Positions 36,305 through 47,135 of a stretch of 64,000 nt of DNA are shown here, in pieces. The stretch is from Lama guanicoe (Eukaryota). The translations under genes were made by a program, and so were the position numbers. Position 1 is the stretch's first letter, and each line of letters opens with the position of its first letter. The stretch is taken from positions 32,061,277 to 32,125,276 of the forward strand of contig MU057352.1 of assembly GCA_013239625.1 (NCBI GenBank). The letters run 5' to 3'. The notes beneath the pieces are model-generated. The model was not told the DNA's origin. It searched no databases and saw nothing but the letters and a program-made list of their open reading frames with translations.

Positions 36305-36739
36305 AAATCAGGTGAGCTTACAGGGAAGGATGGGCTTTGGAGCATCTTAAATCAGGTGAATTAGGGTCTTTCGGGTTTCCACACTTTCCCCCACCCCATT
36401 ACCTAAATAGAATCCCCATCAAGAGAGTCAAGGACTCAAGTATGAGGTCCAGCCCAGATCGACTCTGTCCCCATTTTCTAAGGAAGAAACTGCTGCCCTG
36501 AGAGGTCAGGGCAGACTTCAGGGCACCAGAGGGTCTGAGACTGAGATGAACAGGGGTCAGATCACTCTTTCACTGCTCCCCAAGCACCAGACTCGCTCCC
36601 AGCCCGCCCAGAAGCTGTTGCCTGAAAAGTTCTCTTTCCTGGATTGGATGAGAAGGACTTGTGAGAACCCACATTCCTGCTGCAGAGCGAGCACATTTCT
36701 GAGGCTTTCCGACGTGCTGGATGAGCGCATTTGGATGAA

Positions 36740-37180
36740 AAGATAAACCCAGCCATTTAAGCTCGGAAACGCGTTTCCTTCAGATGAAAACGCCCCTCTC
36801 CGCCCACCTCCCCCAGACCCGCTTTTCCTGTGCACCCGGGAGCTAATGGGCTTTTACAGCGTTTACACCCAACATCCTAATTATAGTTCAAAGAACCACG
36901 TGCAGATCCAAGCATTTTTCTTTTACCACATTTCTTGATCTTTATGAAGAACTAATTAGAAACTTTTTTTTTTCTGTTGTTGCTTGTCTGACAGTTTTGC
37001 CAATTTGCAGTCTGAAGTGCAGAGCTAATTATGAGAGAAGGCCACCAGCTGATGCCCACGCCTGAGGTGCAGGGGCCCGGGGATGCGGGAGGCTGTGCCT
37101 CCAAGAGACGTGATGTATCAGTCAAATCAGCCCTTGGGAGAAGGTTCAATAAACGTTTACGAAGCCGCTCTTTGCAGACA
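36740..37180. promoter_or_regulatory. Candidate homeodomain-driven enhancer
   Basis: CTAATTA at 36877, 36952 and 37025, plus TTCAAAG, GTTTAC and TGACAG motifs in a non-repeat block. Confidence 0.45.
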
Positions 37181-37959
37181 AGGAGTGAGTCTGTAGCAGA
37201 GGATGAGGTTGATGTGGTCTGACTCATGAGCTTAGGTTGAAATCCACGGGAGACACGGACGAGCAGCTGTGGGCGGCGTGGACCTCATCCCAGCCCCGCC
37301 ACGCTCTCCACGGGGGGCCCGAGGCCCTCGGAAGTGAGGAACTCAGGTGCACGCCTCACGGCCCCGCGATGTGGTTACTGCTGTCCTCAGTTTACACGTG
37401 GAGAACCAGAGCTCAGGATCTCAAGGGACTCACAGCAGCCTCCCAGCCACACAGGGTAGGGGCAGGATTTGACTCTGTGCCCAGAGTGAAACCCAAACTC
37501 TCTCCACAACGCAAGGCTAAACACAGTCACAGAGCTGGGGAGGGGACACAGCCTCTGCCACAGGAGCACAGCCATGGTCCTTTCTCCTTCAGGACACTGT
37601 CCTTTCTTTCTATACAGGATACTCAGGCACATGCATCTCCTTTCTCTTTATAAAAGGCTGATTCCAACCACAACATGAGAAGAGGGAGGCGTACAGTCCA
37701 GTCCCGTAGCAAGCGCTTTTGTCCACAAAGCTGGCCCTGTCCTCACCCTTGGGCACTGGAATTGCAGGGCTGCAGCTGAGGGTTCAGAGCCCCTAAAAAT
37801 CCACCCCAGCCACCCCCAACACCTGACATTCCACCATTCCTCTGCTGGGAAAAGGCCAGGCAACAACCGTGATATTCACTCCCAGCATCCTTTCTGAGTG
37901 AGCCCACCTAGCCTTCAGCCACTGGAAGAGCTTCTGCACAGCCAAGGCAGTAAGGCGCG

Positions 37960-38600
37960 GCAGGGCCCTCAAGGGTGCATTCAGGAGAGGACGCGCTTAG
38001 ACGGCCTCTAAGCCGGCTTCTGAGGCAGGAGAGCAGGAGGTGGTTGCTTGGGGAGTCCTGGAGCACGCATGGGGGTGAAACTGAGGGGAGGGAAAGAGCC
38101 GTTTGAGAAGAGGAATCAAAGGTCCAGTAAAGGCAAAGAGACAGGAAACAGCTTCTCGTGTCTGGAAAATAGTCTCTCTGGGGTGTCAAGACGTAACTTA
38201 GATTCTGTTCTGGAAGGGATGGAAAAAACCAAAGGCATTGAAGCGATGCTGTGGCACTGTCGGATGTGCAGCTGAAGGGCCTCTCCGGCTTTGGTGTGGG
38301 GAGTAAACTCACAGGGAATAAAACTGGAGGCGAGGGGAGGAGTCGGCGAGGAGGCTGTCACAGTCATCTGGACGGGGGTGGCCTTGCCCAGTGGAGGCAG
38401 CGGGATGGAGACATGTGGACAGATCCTGTAAATAGATCAGAGGTAAATGTGATGGAATTTAGAGAGGGGTTGTCATGCAGACGAGGGAGAAGGGAGAGTC
38501 CCAGGTTTCTGATTTGGGCAATTAAGTGGATGGGAACAGATGAGACTGGGAATTCGAGACAAAGAATGGGGACAATGAAAACACGAACTGGAATCCTGGT
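37960..38600 (-). mobile_element. L2 LINE relic
   Basis: Purine-rich strand with atggagacatgtggacagatcc and gagtcccaggtttctgatttgggcaattaagtggatgg, typical of reverse L2. Confidence 0.7.
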
Positions 38601-39526
38601 GAGCAATCTTGGGCACCCGGGGTGAGGGGTACGTTCATACATTCAGTCCTGCCCCCGCTTGGCAGGATTTCTCCCTTTCAATCCTCTGAATCAAAGCTGA
38701 ATTTTGTCCCTTTGGGTATTGCCTTTTGGCATAGTTAAGACAGTCCTCAAGAGTCTCATAAATGCCCTTTTATTTTAGAAAACATCTGGTCCTTTTTGTG
38801 ATTGGAATTTAGGAATACAGTTAATGCTGATTCTCCACCTCAGTAGGTGGATAAGATTTATGTAAACCAGGTTGGGAAGAGATTGGGCTGGATGGTATTT
38901 GCTGATTTGGGGGCCAGGGATCCAAGAATGTCTGAGTCTCACCCAGTCAACCCCCTCCTCATTCCCCCAACAAGATTCTCTAGGACGGTAGCACCATGAA
39001 CCAGTGAAATCACTGACATTCAGCTGTTCTTGACTTACAATAATGGCAATTTGATGGAGCTCAAGCAAGAAGACCCGGCAGGGCTGTCTGGTAAGGGATG
39101 GGTGGAGGACATCACGTGGGGCCCGCGTCAAACCCAGGCTCCTCCTCTCCCTAAGCTCCTGGGGCCTCAGCCCTCTCTGTCCAGCCATGTGGTACAGACA
39201 TGTTTGCAAAGAGAAGGGGCTGGTCAGGTGGCATTTAACATGTTGGACATTTTTGTGGGAAAGAGGAGAGGAAGTTGTAGGGGGGAAAAGGGGCCTTTCC
39301 CCTTAGAATCATCCAATTATTGATGCCAGATGATGGGGAAGTCAATTTTGGTAACTATTAGTGTGCTCACAACACAGATGCTGAAAGAACCTTAATCTAG
39401 AATGAGGTCTCCTGACTGATCAGGCAGGGCTGTGTGTGCGCACACACACACACACAAATGCCATTGAGTGAGACCTTGATAACAAACACCCTGGTGTAGA
39501 AGCCCTCATTGTAGGTTAGCTCCACC

Positions 39527-39740
39527 TGTCTGAGTTTGTATGCATCCATTAAGAAGCAGATACTAAGATGGGATTTGATGTGCAGGACACTTATTGGGGG
39601 AAACATTTGTGAAGAAACAAGGAGGGAGACTAGAGAAGATGAATGCAGGTAGACTCTTCAGCTCGTTTGCAGACTTGACACCTGTGAAGAGAAAGGGGGG
39701 GGAGTGGGAGGCTTGGATGACTTGATGCAAATGCGGTGGT
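39527..39740 (-). mobile_element. ERVL LTR relic (LTR16/LTR67-like)
   Basis: tgtctgagt...aagaagcagatactaagatgggatttgatgtgcaggacacttattgggggaaaca...tgacacctgtgaag. Confidence 0.65.
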
Positions 39741-40144
39741 GGATCCAGGAGGGAAACTGCTGTGATTCAGCCATGCCCCTTGCAACCGGAGAAGCACATT
39801 TTTATGGCCACCTTTCCATGTACCCTGAAAAGGTTCCATTGACTGTCACAGGATATAAATTACTGTGTTGAAGGAAAGTAATCCAGCTGGATAAAAGCTG
39901 TTGATGCTTCTTAATGTGGAGAGGGACTGAGCATATTTGCAGCCCGTAAAAACTTATTTTTTGAAGTGAATTTGAGACACTGCATAAACCTCCTTCCATG
40001 ATGCCCACAATCAACAAAAGCTGTAGCTTCCCCAAGATTCTTCCCACCAGGTAGACTGACTACTGTCTTTGTCTTGTTCCTGCTGACCGCAGGAAAATCA
40101 CTAAGGAAGGGGATAGGAGAAGTGATCCTGATTAATCATGCAAG

Positions 40145-40365
40145 CAGACTAGGGCATGTAGGCAGACCTGGATTCAAATACTGACCCAGCCCCTCTTCCT
40201 CACTTGCTGTCCACACTTGGACACTCTCTAAACTTCCCTGAGCTACACTGAAAAAACGGCATTTCTAGTGCTCACTTTTCCAGGCATGAGAATTATGTGA
40301 GGGGACTTACAGACACTGACTAGCAATGTGCCTGGTGAGTCATGGGCTCTGCATAATGCACTAGC
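40145..40365 (+). mobile_element. MIR SINE
   Basis: ggcagacctggattcaaatactg...cacttgctgt...gcaatgtgcctgg. Confidence 0.7.
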
Positions 40366-40689
40366 CTCCCCCATTCTCCAATTCTCCTTTCCTCTGTATC
40401 CCATCCTCCCCAGGACAGATGAAATCCAATAAATTAAGAGATGTTTATGATTTAATGGGCAATAAAATATCAATTAAACATATAGGCTGGTGTGGTTACA
40501 TACCCCACCATAAATTGTGTCTTGAACACCTCTCGGCACTGAGTATAGTCTTGGCTGGGAGCAGTCGCTTTCAGCACCACGGACAGCAACCCAGGCGCTG
40601 AGGGACGCTGTGGGTGCTGGGGGCAGGGCTGACTGCACCATCTCCGCGCATTATGTATCTCTTTCTTGGGGTCACCCGACAAGATCTTT

Positions 40690-41180
40690 CCTCTGTCTCC
40701 TGCATCATCAAATTCTCCACTGAATCATAAAATTCTGCCGTAAGTATCTTTCATCTATACGAAATGTGTGTCTATGTGATATACATGTAAATGTATTTCA
40801 TATGTGTGTGCATGTCTGTGCATGTGAGTGTGTACACATGTTCACTGGCCCTACATTCCTGTAAACTGACTGTCCTTTCCTATTGTCTCATTTGCAGTGG
40901 TCCCCTTCAACACATTTTCTCCACTTATTTCCGCTTTTTCTCCTTCCCGCATTGCCTGTAAGACCCCAGTTTATTCCCACCATGTGAGCAAGACGGCACT
41001 TGGAATATCTTCATGATACTAAACCCAGTGGCCACTGCTCGCCTCTCAGTTCGCTCAGCCTGCTGATGCACTCTGGTGGCTCTTCCCGCCTTTCCGCAGC
41101 ACCCTTCCTCTCCACTTCACTTCTGGAACACCACATAGTCCACTCTCCTCCTACCTCACTGGTCATTTTGCTGGTTTTCC
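40690..41180 (+). mobile_element. L2 LINE relic (RT region) with an internal (TA/TG)n tract
   Basis: aaacccagtggccactgctc...caccacatagtccactctcctcctacctcactgg resembles the L2 RT consensus. Confidence 0.65.
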
Positions 41181-41729
41181 CAGTGGAGGAAGTTCTACAT
41201 GATCTGCAATGCCCACCCCATACACAGTATTTCCAACATTGCATCTCATCACCCTTTCCATTACCCGCTCCTCTCCAGCCGCGCTCCCACCTTCTCAAGC
41301 TCAGCCCAGGGTGATGAACCCAATATGGGTCCAAGTTCCAATAGAAAAGTGCTTATGTTTCAGGGACCCTGAACCCCACAGTGCATGGCTTTTTTGGCCT
41401 GGATGAGCCTCTGGGGCAACCTGAGTCAGTCAACCACAAGCAACAGGCATGGCACTTGGAGGAGGGAGGGAGGAAAATTGAAGGCAAGGCTAGTTCTGCC
41501 TCCACAGTTAGGGTTTTCATTCAGCCTGGAAGCAGGGTCTTCTGCTCAGCATGGAAACGGTGTGTGGAACCAGAGTGGCCTCCAGCTGACGCCATTTCTC
41601 CATTCCTTTTCAGAGTGGAATCATGGGAGGGGGCGGGGAGTATGTTATCCCCCTCCCTCGGATTCCCGAAAGTGCAAGCACTCGGCGCCCTGGTTTCCAA
41701 GCTCCAAGTGCCCATTCACGGCCGCTGGG

Positions 41730-42380
41730 CTGTCGTTCATGAAGTCATTACACCGACGCCACTGTTCTCAGAAAGGAGGTTGCTGCCAGGGACTCCTGCT
41801 GGTCACTGAGTGCCTGGAAAGCTCTAATTTAATTATCAACTGAACAATAACGTGATGTGTGTATTTGTTTTGCCAGTGTGCGTACGTGGACACACACACA
41901 TTCCTTCTAAGTGGTCATAAATAATGAATAAATCAATACCCTCACACGCCGTAATTCAGACCTTGAAATACAAACAGATCTCAGGACCTGCAGCTGCGTC
42001 TGAAATGAACGAGTGGACACAGAGGCCATGGCGGCGGCACGCAGCTTCCTGTTTAGTCCTCCCTCCACCTTCCAAAGCCCCGCCGCAGACACGCGCCCCG
42101 TCACCATTAACTGTGAGCAGGATATTTATGGGCTTGGCTGGCTGTTAACAACATGGCCCGGCAACAATTAATATTTGTATTTGCAGTACCCAGTGCTGAT
42201 AATGGACAGCTTACAGGCTCTGGTAATTGGCCCTCCACCCCCACCCTCTTACTGGATCTTTCCTGACCATTGGAGGCATCTTTCCCAGGGAATCTTATAA
42301 TGGGCTTTTCATGTGTTGGTGATTTTAATTACCTTTTTATTGCTATGCAAATCACCCTTCGTTTAATCTGCCAACGGAAA
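41730..42380. promoter_or_regulatory. Large candidate developmental enhancer
   Basis: Dense motifs: taatttaatta, GTCATAAA, ATAAATCA 41928-41935, FOX-like tatttgttt, taattgg and octamer ATGCAAAT 42345-42352. Confidence 0.5.
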
Positions 42381-43589
42381 GGAGGGGCCGAGGTAACCAG
42401 AGAAAGTGGAGACAGAAGACAGGGGAGGCTGAGGCTGCTACACAGGTCAGGGCTGAGTGCTGGGGTGTGTGGGGAGTGCAGTCTAGTCCAAAAGGAAGTA
42501 AGGAGGGCCATCCCCCCTGTATCAATGGTGCAGAGCATGGCCTTTGGGAGCCCCAGGGAGAACCTGCAGGCCAGGCAGAGCAGAGCTCACTGGCACCTTG
42601 GGAAGCCACTGAATTAAGGTTTCCCTCACATGGATTCACTGAGTACTCTGCAGACAGCATCCAGGAAGGGAAACTGAGGCTCAGGGGACGGCGAAAGGAT
42701 GCAGCCAGTGTGGCCTTCCTAGCTCTGTCCCCGTACCCATGTGTGGCCAGGACCATGAGAACCTTTCTGCAAATCTACTGCCTTGTCTCCTCTGCTGGGG
42801 AGGCCGTTCCCGAGGACAGGGCCAGAGCTCCCTCATCAGAGTGGGAGTCTCAGAGAAACGCCTGTGTCCCGAGTTAGACGGAGAACTCTCCAGGGCTTCT
42901 GTTCATGTTTGTCCGGACTTGGGACAGAAAGGAGGATGGGAAGACCACCTTCCCTGTACCGTCCCTCCCCGACAGGCCATGGCCTCTAGGGTGACGGTGG
43001 AAGACGGAGGGGCTACGGCTGGCTGGCTCAGCCCAACTCGGCTTGACTCGACCTGGCCTACTGCTTCCAGTGTGATGCAACTGTCAGGTTCAGAGCTGGA
43101 GACAGCGGGTCCTCATTCTGGCCAACATTTCTCCATCACAGGTCCTATCCCTTTCATCACACGGAGTGTCCCTGGACTGCTGATGCAGCAGGTGTGTCCT
43201 TCTGCCCACTCGGTGTGGCTGGGAGAGCTGGCCTGGTCCTCACGTGTGTCTCTTCATGCAGGAGAGAGAAAGAGGCTCCCAGCAAACCCCCGCAGAGATG
43301 AGATCCAATGGGGCAGGTGGAGGAGGCTGCCCCGCCCCCATGGCTATGGTCTGTGGTTGCTGGAAGCCTTCAGCCATGGGTGAATCTGGGAGATTTTAAA
43401 GTGAGGAAGCCGTAGATAAAATAGAAGCCAAAGGAGACCCCTGAGGGCCAGGCAGCCCCTGGGCCCGAGTGCTGGACAGCGCCGGTACCACTCCTGCAGC
43501 CAGTGTCTCGGGTCCTCCCTCCAGACTCCCTGCGGCCCCCTGGCTGTGCACCTCAAGCAGGACAGCTCACGGCGCCACGCCTCACTGCT

Positions 43590-43830
43590 GTCACTATAAA
43601 ATGTCAGAGGGGTTAACAGAGCCAAGTTTTCTTGTTACACAGACAATGTTCTAATGAAAGGTCACACGATCATTTTAAAGCGTATTAAGAAAACAGCAAT
43701 GACATCAAATGTGTGACTTCAGAGATGTTATGTAGTAATGTGGTATCTTCCGACACTTAATTTAAATACAAATTATGAATCAGTTTAAGCAAAAATAAGG
43801 TGATAGATACGGCAAACTCACTGAGATGAC
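43590..43830. promoter_or_regulatory. Candidate conserved non-coding element
   Basis: AT-rich non-repeat island with ACAATG, AAAGGTCA 43657-43664, ACATCAAA and TTAATT. Confidence 0.35.
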
Positions 43831-44094
43831 CTGAGGTGAAAACCTGTGAGATGCTGAGGCATCGACTGGGAGCAAGTCCAGCACAGGCACCTGGGCTCTC
43901 ATGCCTGCGAGTGTGCGCTCGCCCGCCTGCACGCCTCACATGCCCTGTGGGCCAGCCTCGGCTCTCAACTCCAGTAGCTGACGACACCTGCCTGTCTGCC
44001 CGCCCAGCCCGGCCCTGCGCGCTCCCTCCCACGCTTTACACACAGAGAGAAACTAACGAGGCACACAGTGTGCACACGCACGCACACATGCCCT

Positions 44095-44290
44095 CACTCC
44101 CACCTGTAAATCAATTAACTCCTCCAAGTGGGTAAACTGTGAGGAAACATCAGTAACTCCCCTAAATGTCCCATCCGGGCCCCTCGATGGCTCATTAGAT
44201 TATACAAGGTGTGGGTAATTGCCCGGAAAAAAACACACCACTTTCCCGTGACGCCTAATTTCCTCTCCTCACTCTTTAGCTTCCCTTAAA
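44095..44290. promoter_or_regulatory. Candidate conserved non-coding element
   Basis: GTAAATCA 44106-44113 overlapping CAATTAA, plus cattagatta, taattg and ctaatt. Confidence 0.35.
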
Positions 44291-45068
44291 GGCAAAGAGA
44301 AAGACTGGCGGTTCCATGACCACGTGTGGCACCGTGTGTGCACGTGTGTGCACACGTGTGCCTGTGGGTGAACTCACACTGGGAGTCAAGGTCCCCACGT
44401 CATGCTTGTGGAGGGGCTTCTGTCACTTGGGAAAGAAGCCAAAGGGGGCAGCCGCCCCCTAGAAACATGGCTGGTGTTTGAGAAACCCACCCAGTCTGGA
44501 CTTTAGTTTCCGTCATCCAGCGGGGATGCGGGCAGCAAAGGGGTGGGGCTGGTCCGGAGAGAGGCAGCAAAGGCCCAGAGCACCCACAGGGAGGACGGGG
44601 CTGCCCAGGGGTCTGGCCTCTTGGAAAATCCCAGCTCGGGTGACAGCTGGAGCCTCTATCCCAGGTGTGGAAGGATGGGACCCTGGGCAGCTTCCATGGG
44701 CACGAGTTTTCCCTTCCACTGAAAGCTTTCATGCTAGTGTCTCCATCATGGAGCTGCGAGAGGCGGCTGAGCCGTCCCGAGTGCAGGCGCGGTTCCAGGG
44801 ACGCGAGACTCGGAGCTGATGCCTGATGCTTGGCCACTAGTGCTGCTGGGGCTGCTGTCCTCCTCACACCAGATCAAGAAGGGCCTCTGTGGCACAGGCT
44901 GGTGTCCTCTGCTTCCACGGCTGTCACTGACCACTTACCCACACCAGAGGCCACATGAGCCATCCCCCACACTTACGTCACTAGGGCCCCAGGTTCAGAG
45001 GCCCAGTCCCTGGCACATGGTAGGATTTTTAAAAATAACATTGAATAAAGAAAGACAGGACTCGAGAA

Positions 45069-45125
45069 GGAGGGTATAGCTCAGTGGTAGAGTGCATGCT
45101 TAGCCTGCATGAGATCCTCAGTTTG
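45069..45125 (+). mobile_element. Vic-1-like SINE 5' half, running into the gap
   Basis: ggagggtatagctcagtggtagagtgcatgcttagcctgcatgag is close to the Vic-1 head. Confidence 0.9.
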
Positions 45126-45278
45126 NNNNNNNNNNNNNNNNNNNNNNNNNNNNNNNNNNNNNNNNNNNNNNNNNNNNNNNNNNNNNNNNNNNNNNNNNNN
45201 NNNNNNNNNNNNNNNNNNNNNNNNNNNNNNNNNNNNNNNNNNNNNNNNNNNNNNNNNNNNNNNNNNNNNNNNNNNNNN
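45126..45278. other. Assembly gap (153 N)
   Basis: Run of N seen directly. Confidence 1.
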
Positions 45279-46252
45279 AGCATCCCCATTTGACAGGTGG
45301 GTAAGAGGAGGCTTGAGTCCACCAGGTAACATGCCGATTGCCCAGCACACCAGGGGTTCAGGGAGATTCAGTCCCAGTCTGACCAGCCCCACTCAGCTCC
45401 ACTCTTCCACTGGTGGCCCAGCGCCCCTCTTCTCTGGGAAACCCGAGGTGGGCTTGGACCCTAAGCCCCCAGGTGCATATGGAGGATGGAGGAGCCTACA
45501 GGACTTCTCCAGGGACTGGGAGGTGGTCGCCTTGCCGACTGATGGAGGAGGCTGGGCAGGAACGGGGTGCATGATTGGCTGCATCCCTGCCAGGATTACC
45601 CTGGAACCAGTAACCTGACAGCCCCTCCTCAACTGGCCCAGTTGCCAAGAGTGGGTGTGGGCCGGGCTGGACCAGGCCTGGGGGCTGCATTAGTGTCTGC
45701 AAACTTCTCAGGAGCAGAGCAGGTAGGCCCGCCAGGGGGTCCGTCTATTTCAGTTAAAAGCCAGGGGACCATCCAGCTGGCGTGTGCGTGGGGTGCACGT
45801 GTGTGAACACACGCACACGGGGTGCAGGAGCAGGCAGGCTCCTCGCCGGGAGCCTCAGGGTAGGCGGGGCTACAGGGACCACGGGCGGAGGGGGCAGGGC
45901 ACCGAGGAGAGGGACGCACAAGCCGAGGGCAGACTGGCTCCGGCGGAGGCAGGGGAAAGGCATTCTCTCACCGCGATGCTCTGTTCCAGGGCCCCGCAAG
46001 GTTTCTGCCCTCGAGGCCTCCTGCTGCCTGTGGAGGAGGGTCCGTGTGGTCCGTTGTGGGTGAGGCAGCCCCCTCTCTGGGACAGCCCTGTCACCTTGCC
46101 TGACCTGCACGCCTCCATTCCTCCTCCACAGACCAGAAAGTGACTCTTGACTGTAGACCTGTCTCCAAAACAAGGACACAGGAGAGGTAACAGGCAGGGC
46201 TTGGAAGATTCTAGACAAGGAGATAAGAGGCTCAGAGGTGTGTCGCTCACTG

Positions 46253-46307
46253 CGAGGCCGGGGAACAACACTCGTGTCTCGAGGCCGGGGAACAACACTC
46301 GTGTCTC
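46253..46307 (+). repeat. Exact 27-bp tandem duplication
   Basis: cgaggccggggaacaacactcgtgtct x2. Confidence 0.95.
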
Positions 46308-47046
46308 CAAGCCCCCGCCGCTCGCCTAACATCTCGGTGACGCCTCCATACCAGGAGCCGGGGACAGAGGGGGAGACAGAGCTGTGTGTCGGGGCGGAGG
46401 AGGGGGACACAGACAGCGAACAGAGGATGACAAGGAGCACTGAGGGCGGCAGTCTCTTCCAAGAGCAACAACAAAGATTCCACCCTGTCCCCGCGGGGCT
46501 GTTGGGAGGATCACAGGAGACAACGGATGAGAAGGTGCTCTTGGGGAAGGACAAAGTGCCCGGAATTCCAAGCTGCTATTACTAGCGCTGGTAACAGCAA
46601 GCACAGGCAAGCCTGTCAGACGGGGACGGTGGCGACGGGGGCCCTGGGAGGCCGTCTGGTCTGCAGAGCGCAGCATCCGCAGCTCGGAGGCCGCCGAGTC
46701 CACTTCCCAGTGAAGGCTTACGCCCCTCCTGCAGCCCCCGACAGCCCGTCACGCAGGCTTTGCTCGACTCCGGCGGGGAGGGGGACTTGCCTGCTCCTGG
46801 TTGTCGCACTGTCACATTGTCAGGCAGCCCGGATGGTGGGGGAGCCTCCCCATGACTCAGACACCCATTTGTCACTAGTTCTCTTTTCCGGAAACTCCTG
46901 CTCCTGCGACCGAGTCCTGGCGTCCATGCTCATCACCCCCAGGGCGAGGGCAGGTTTTCCTAAATTGGGCCGGAGGGGCTGCCGGGAACCGGGTCCCTGA
47001 GAGCAACCCAAGTCCGAGGGAGGGGGTCTTGAGAATCCCAGAAGGG

Positions 47047-47135
47047 CACTAGACTGAATAGTGTCCTGCAAAAATTCATGTCCACCCGAACTTCAGATTG
47101 TGACCTGATTTGGAAATAGGGTTTTTGCAAAATTT
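47047..47135 (+). mobile_element. MLT1C/D LTR 5' fragment
   Basis: tgaatagtgtcc...aaaattcatgtccacccgaacttcagattgtgacctgatttggaaatagggtttttgca. Confidence 0.8.

Noticed and set aside
36305-36359. aaatcaggtga repeated twice just after the 119-bp repeat, as a possible TSD
   Set aside because: Both copies lie on the same side of the cassette and enclose only about 30 bp with no element features.
45069-45125. tRNA gene (also at 4272 and 60308)
   Set aside because: A and B boxes are present, but the two complete copies have SINE tails and lack a proper acceptor stem, and this copy has the same SINE head. These are tRNA-derived SINEs.
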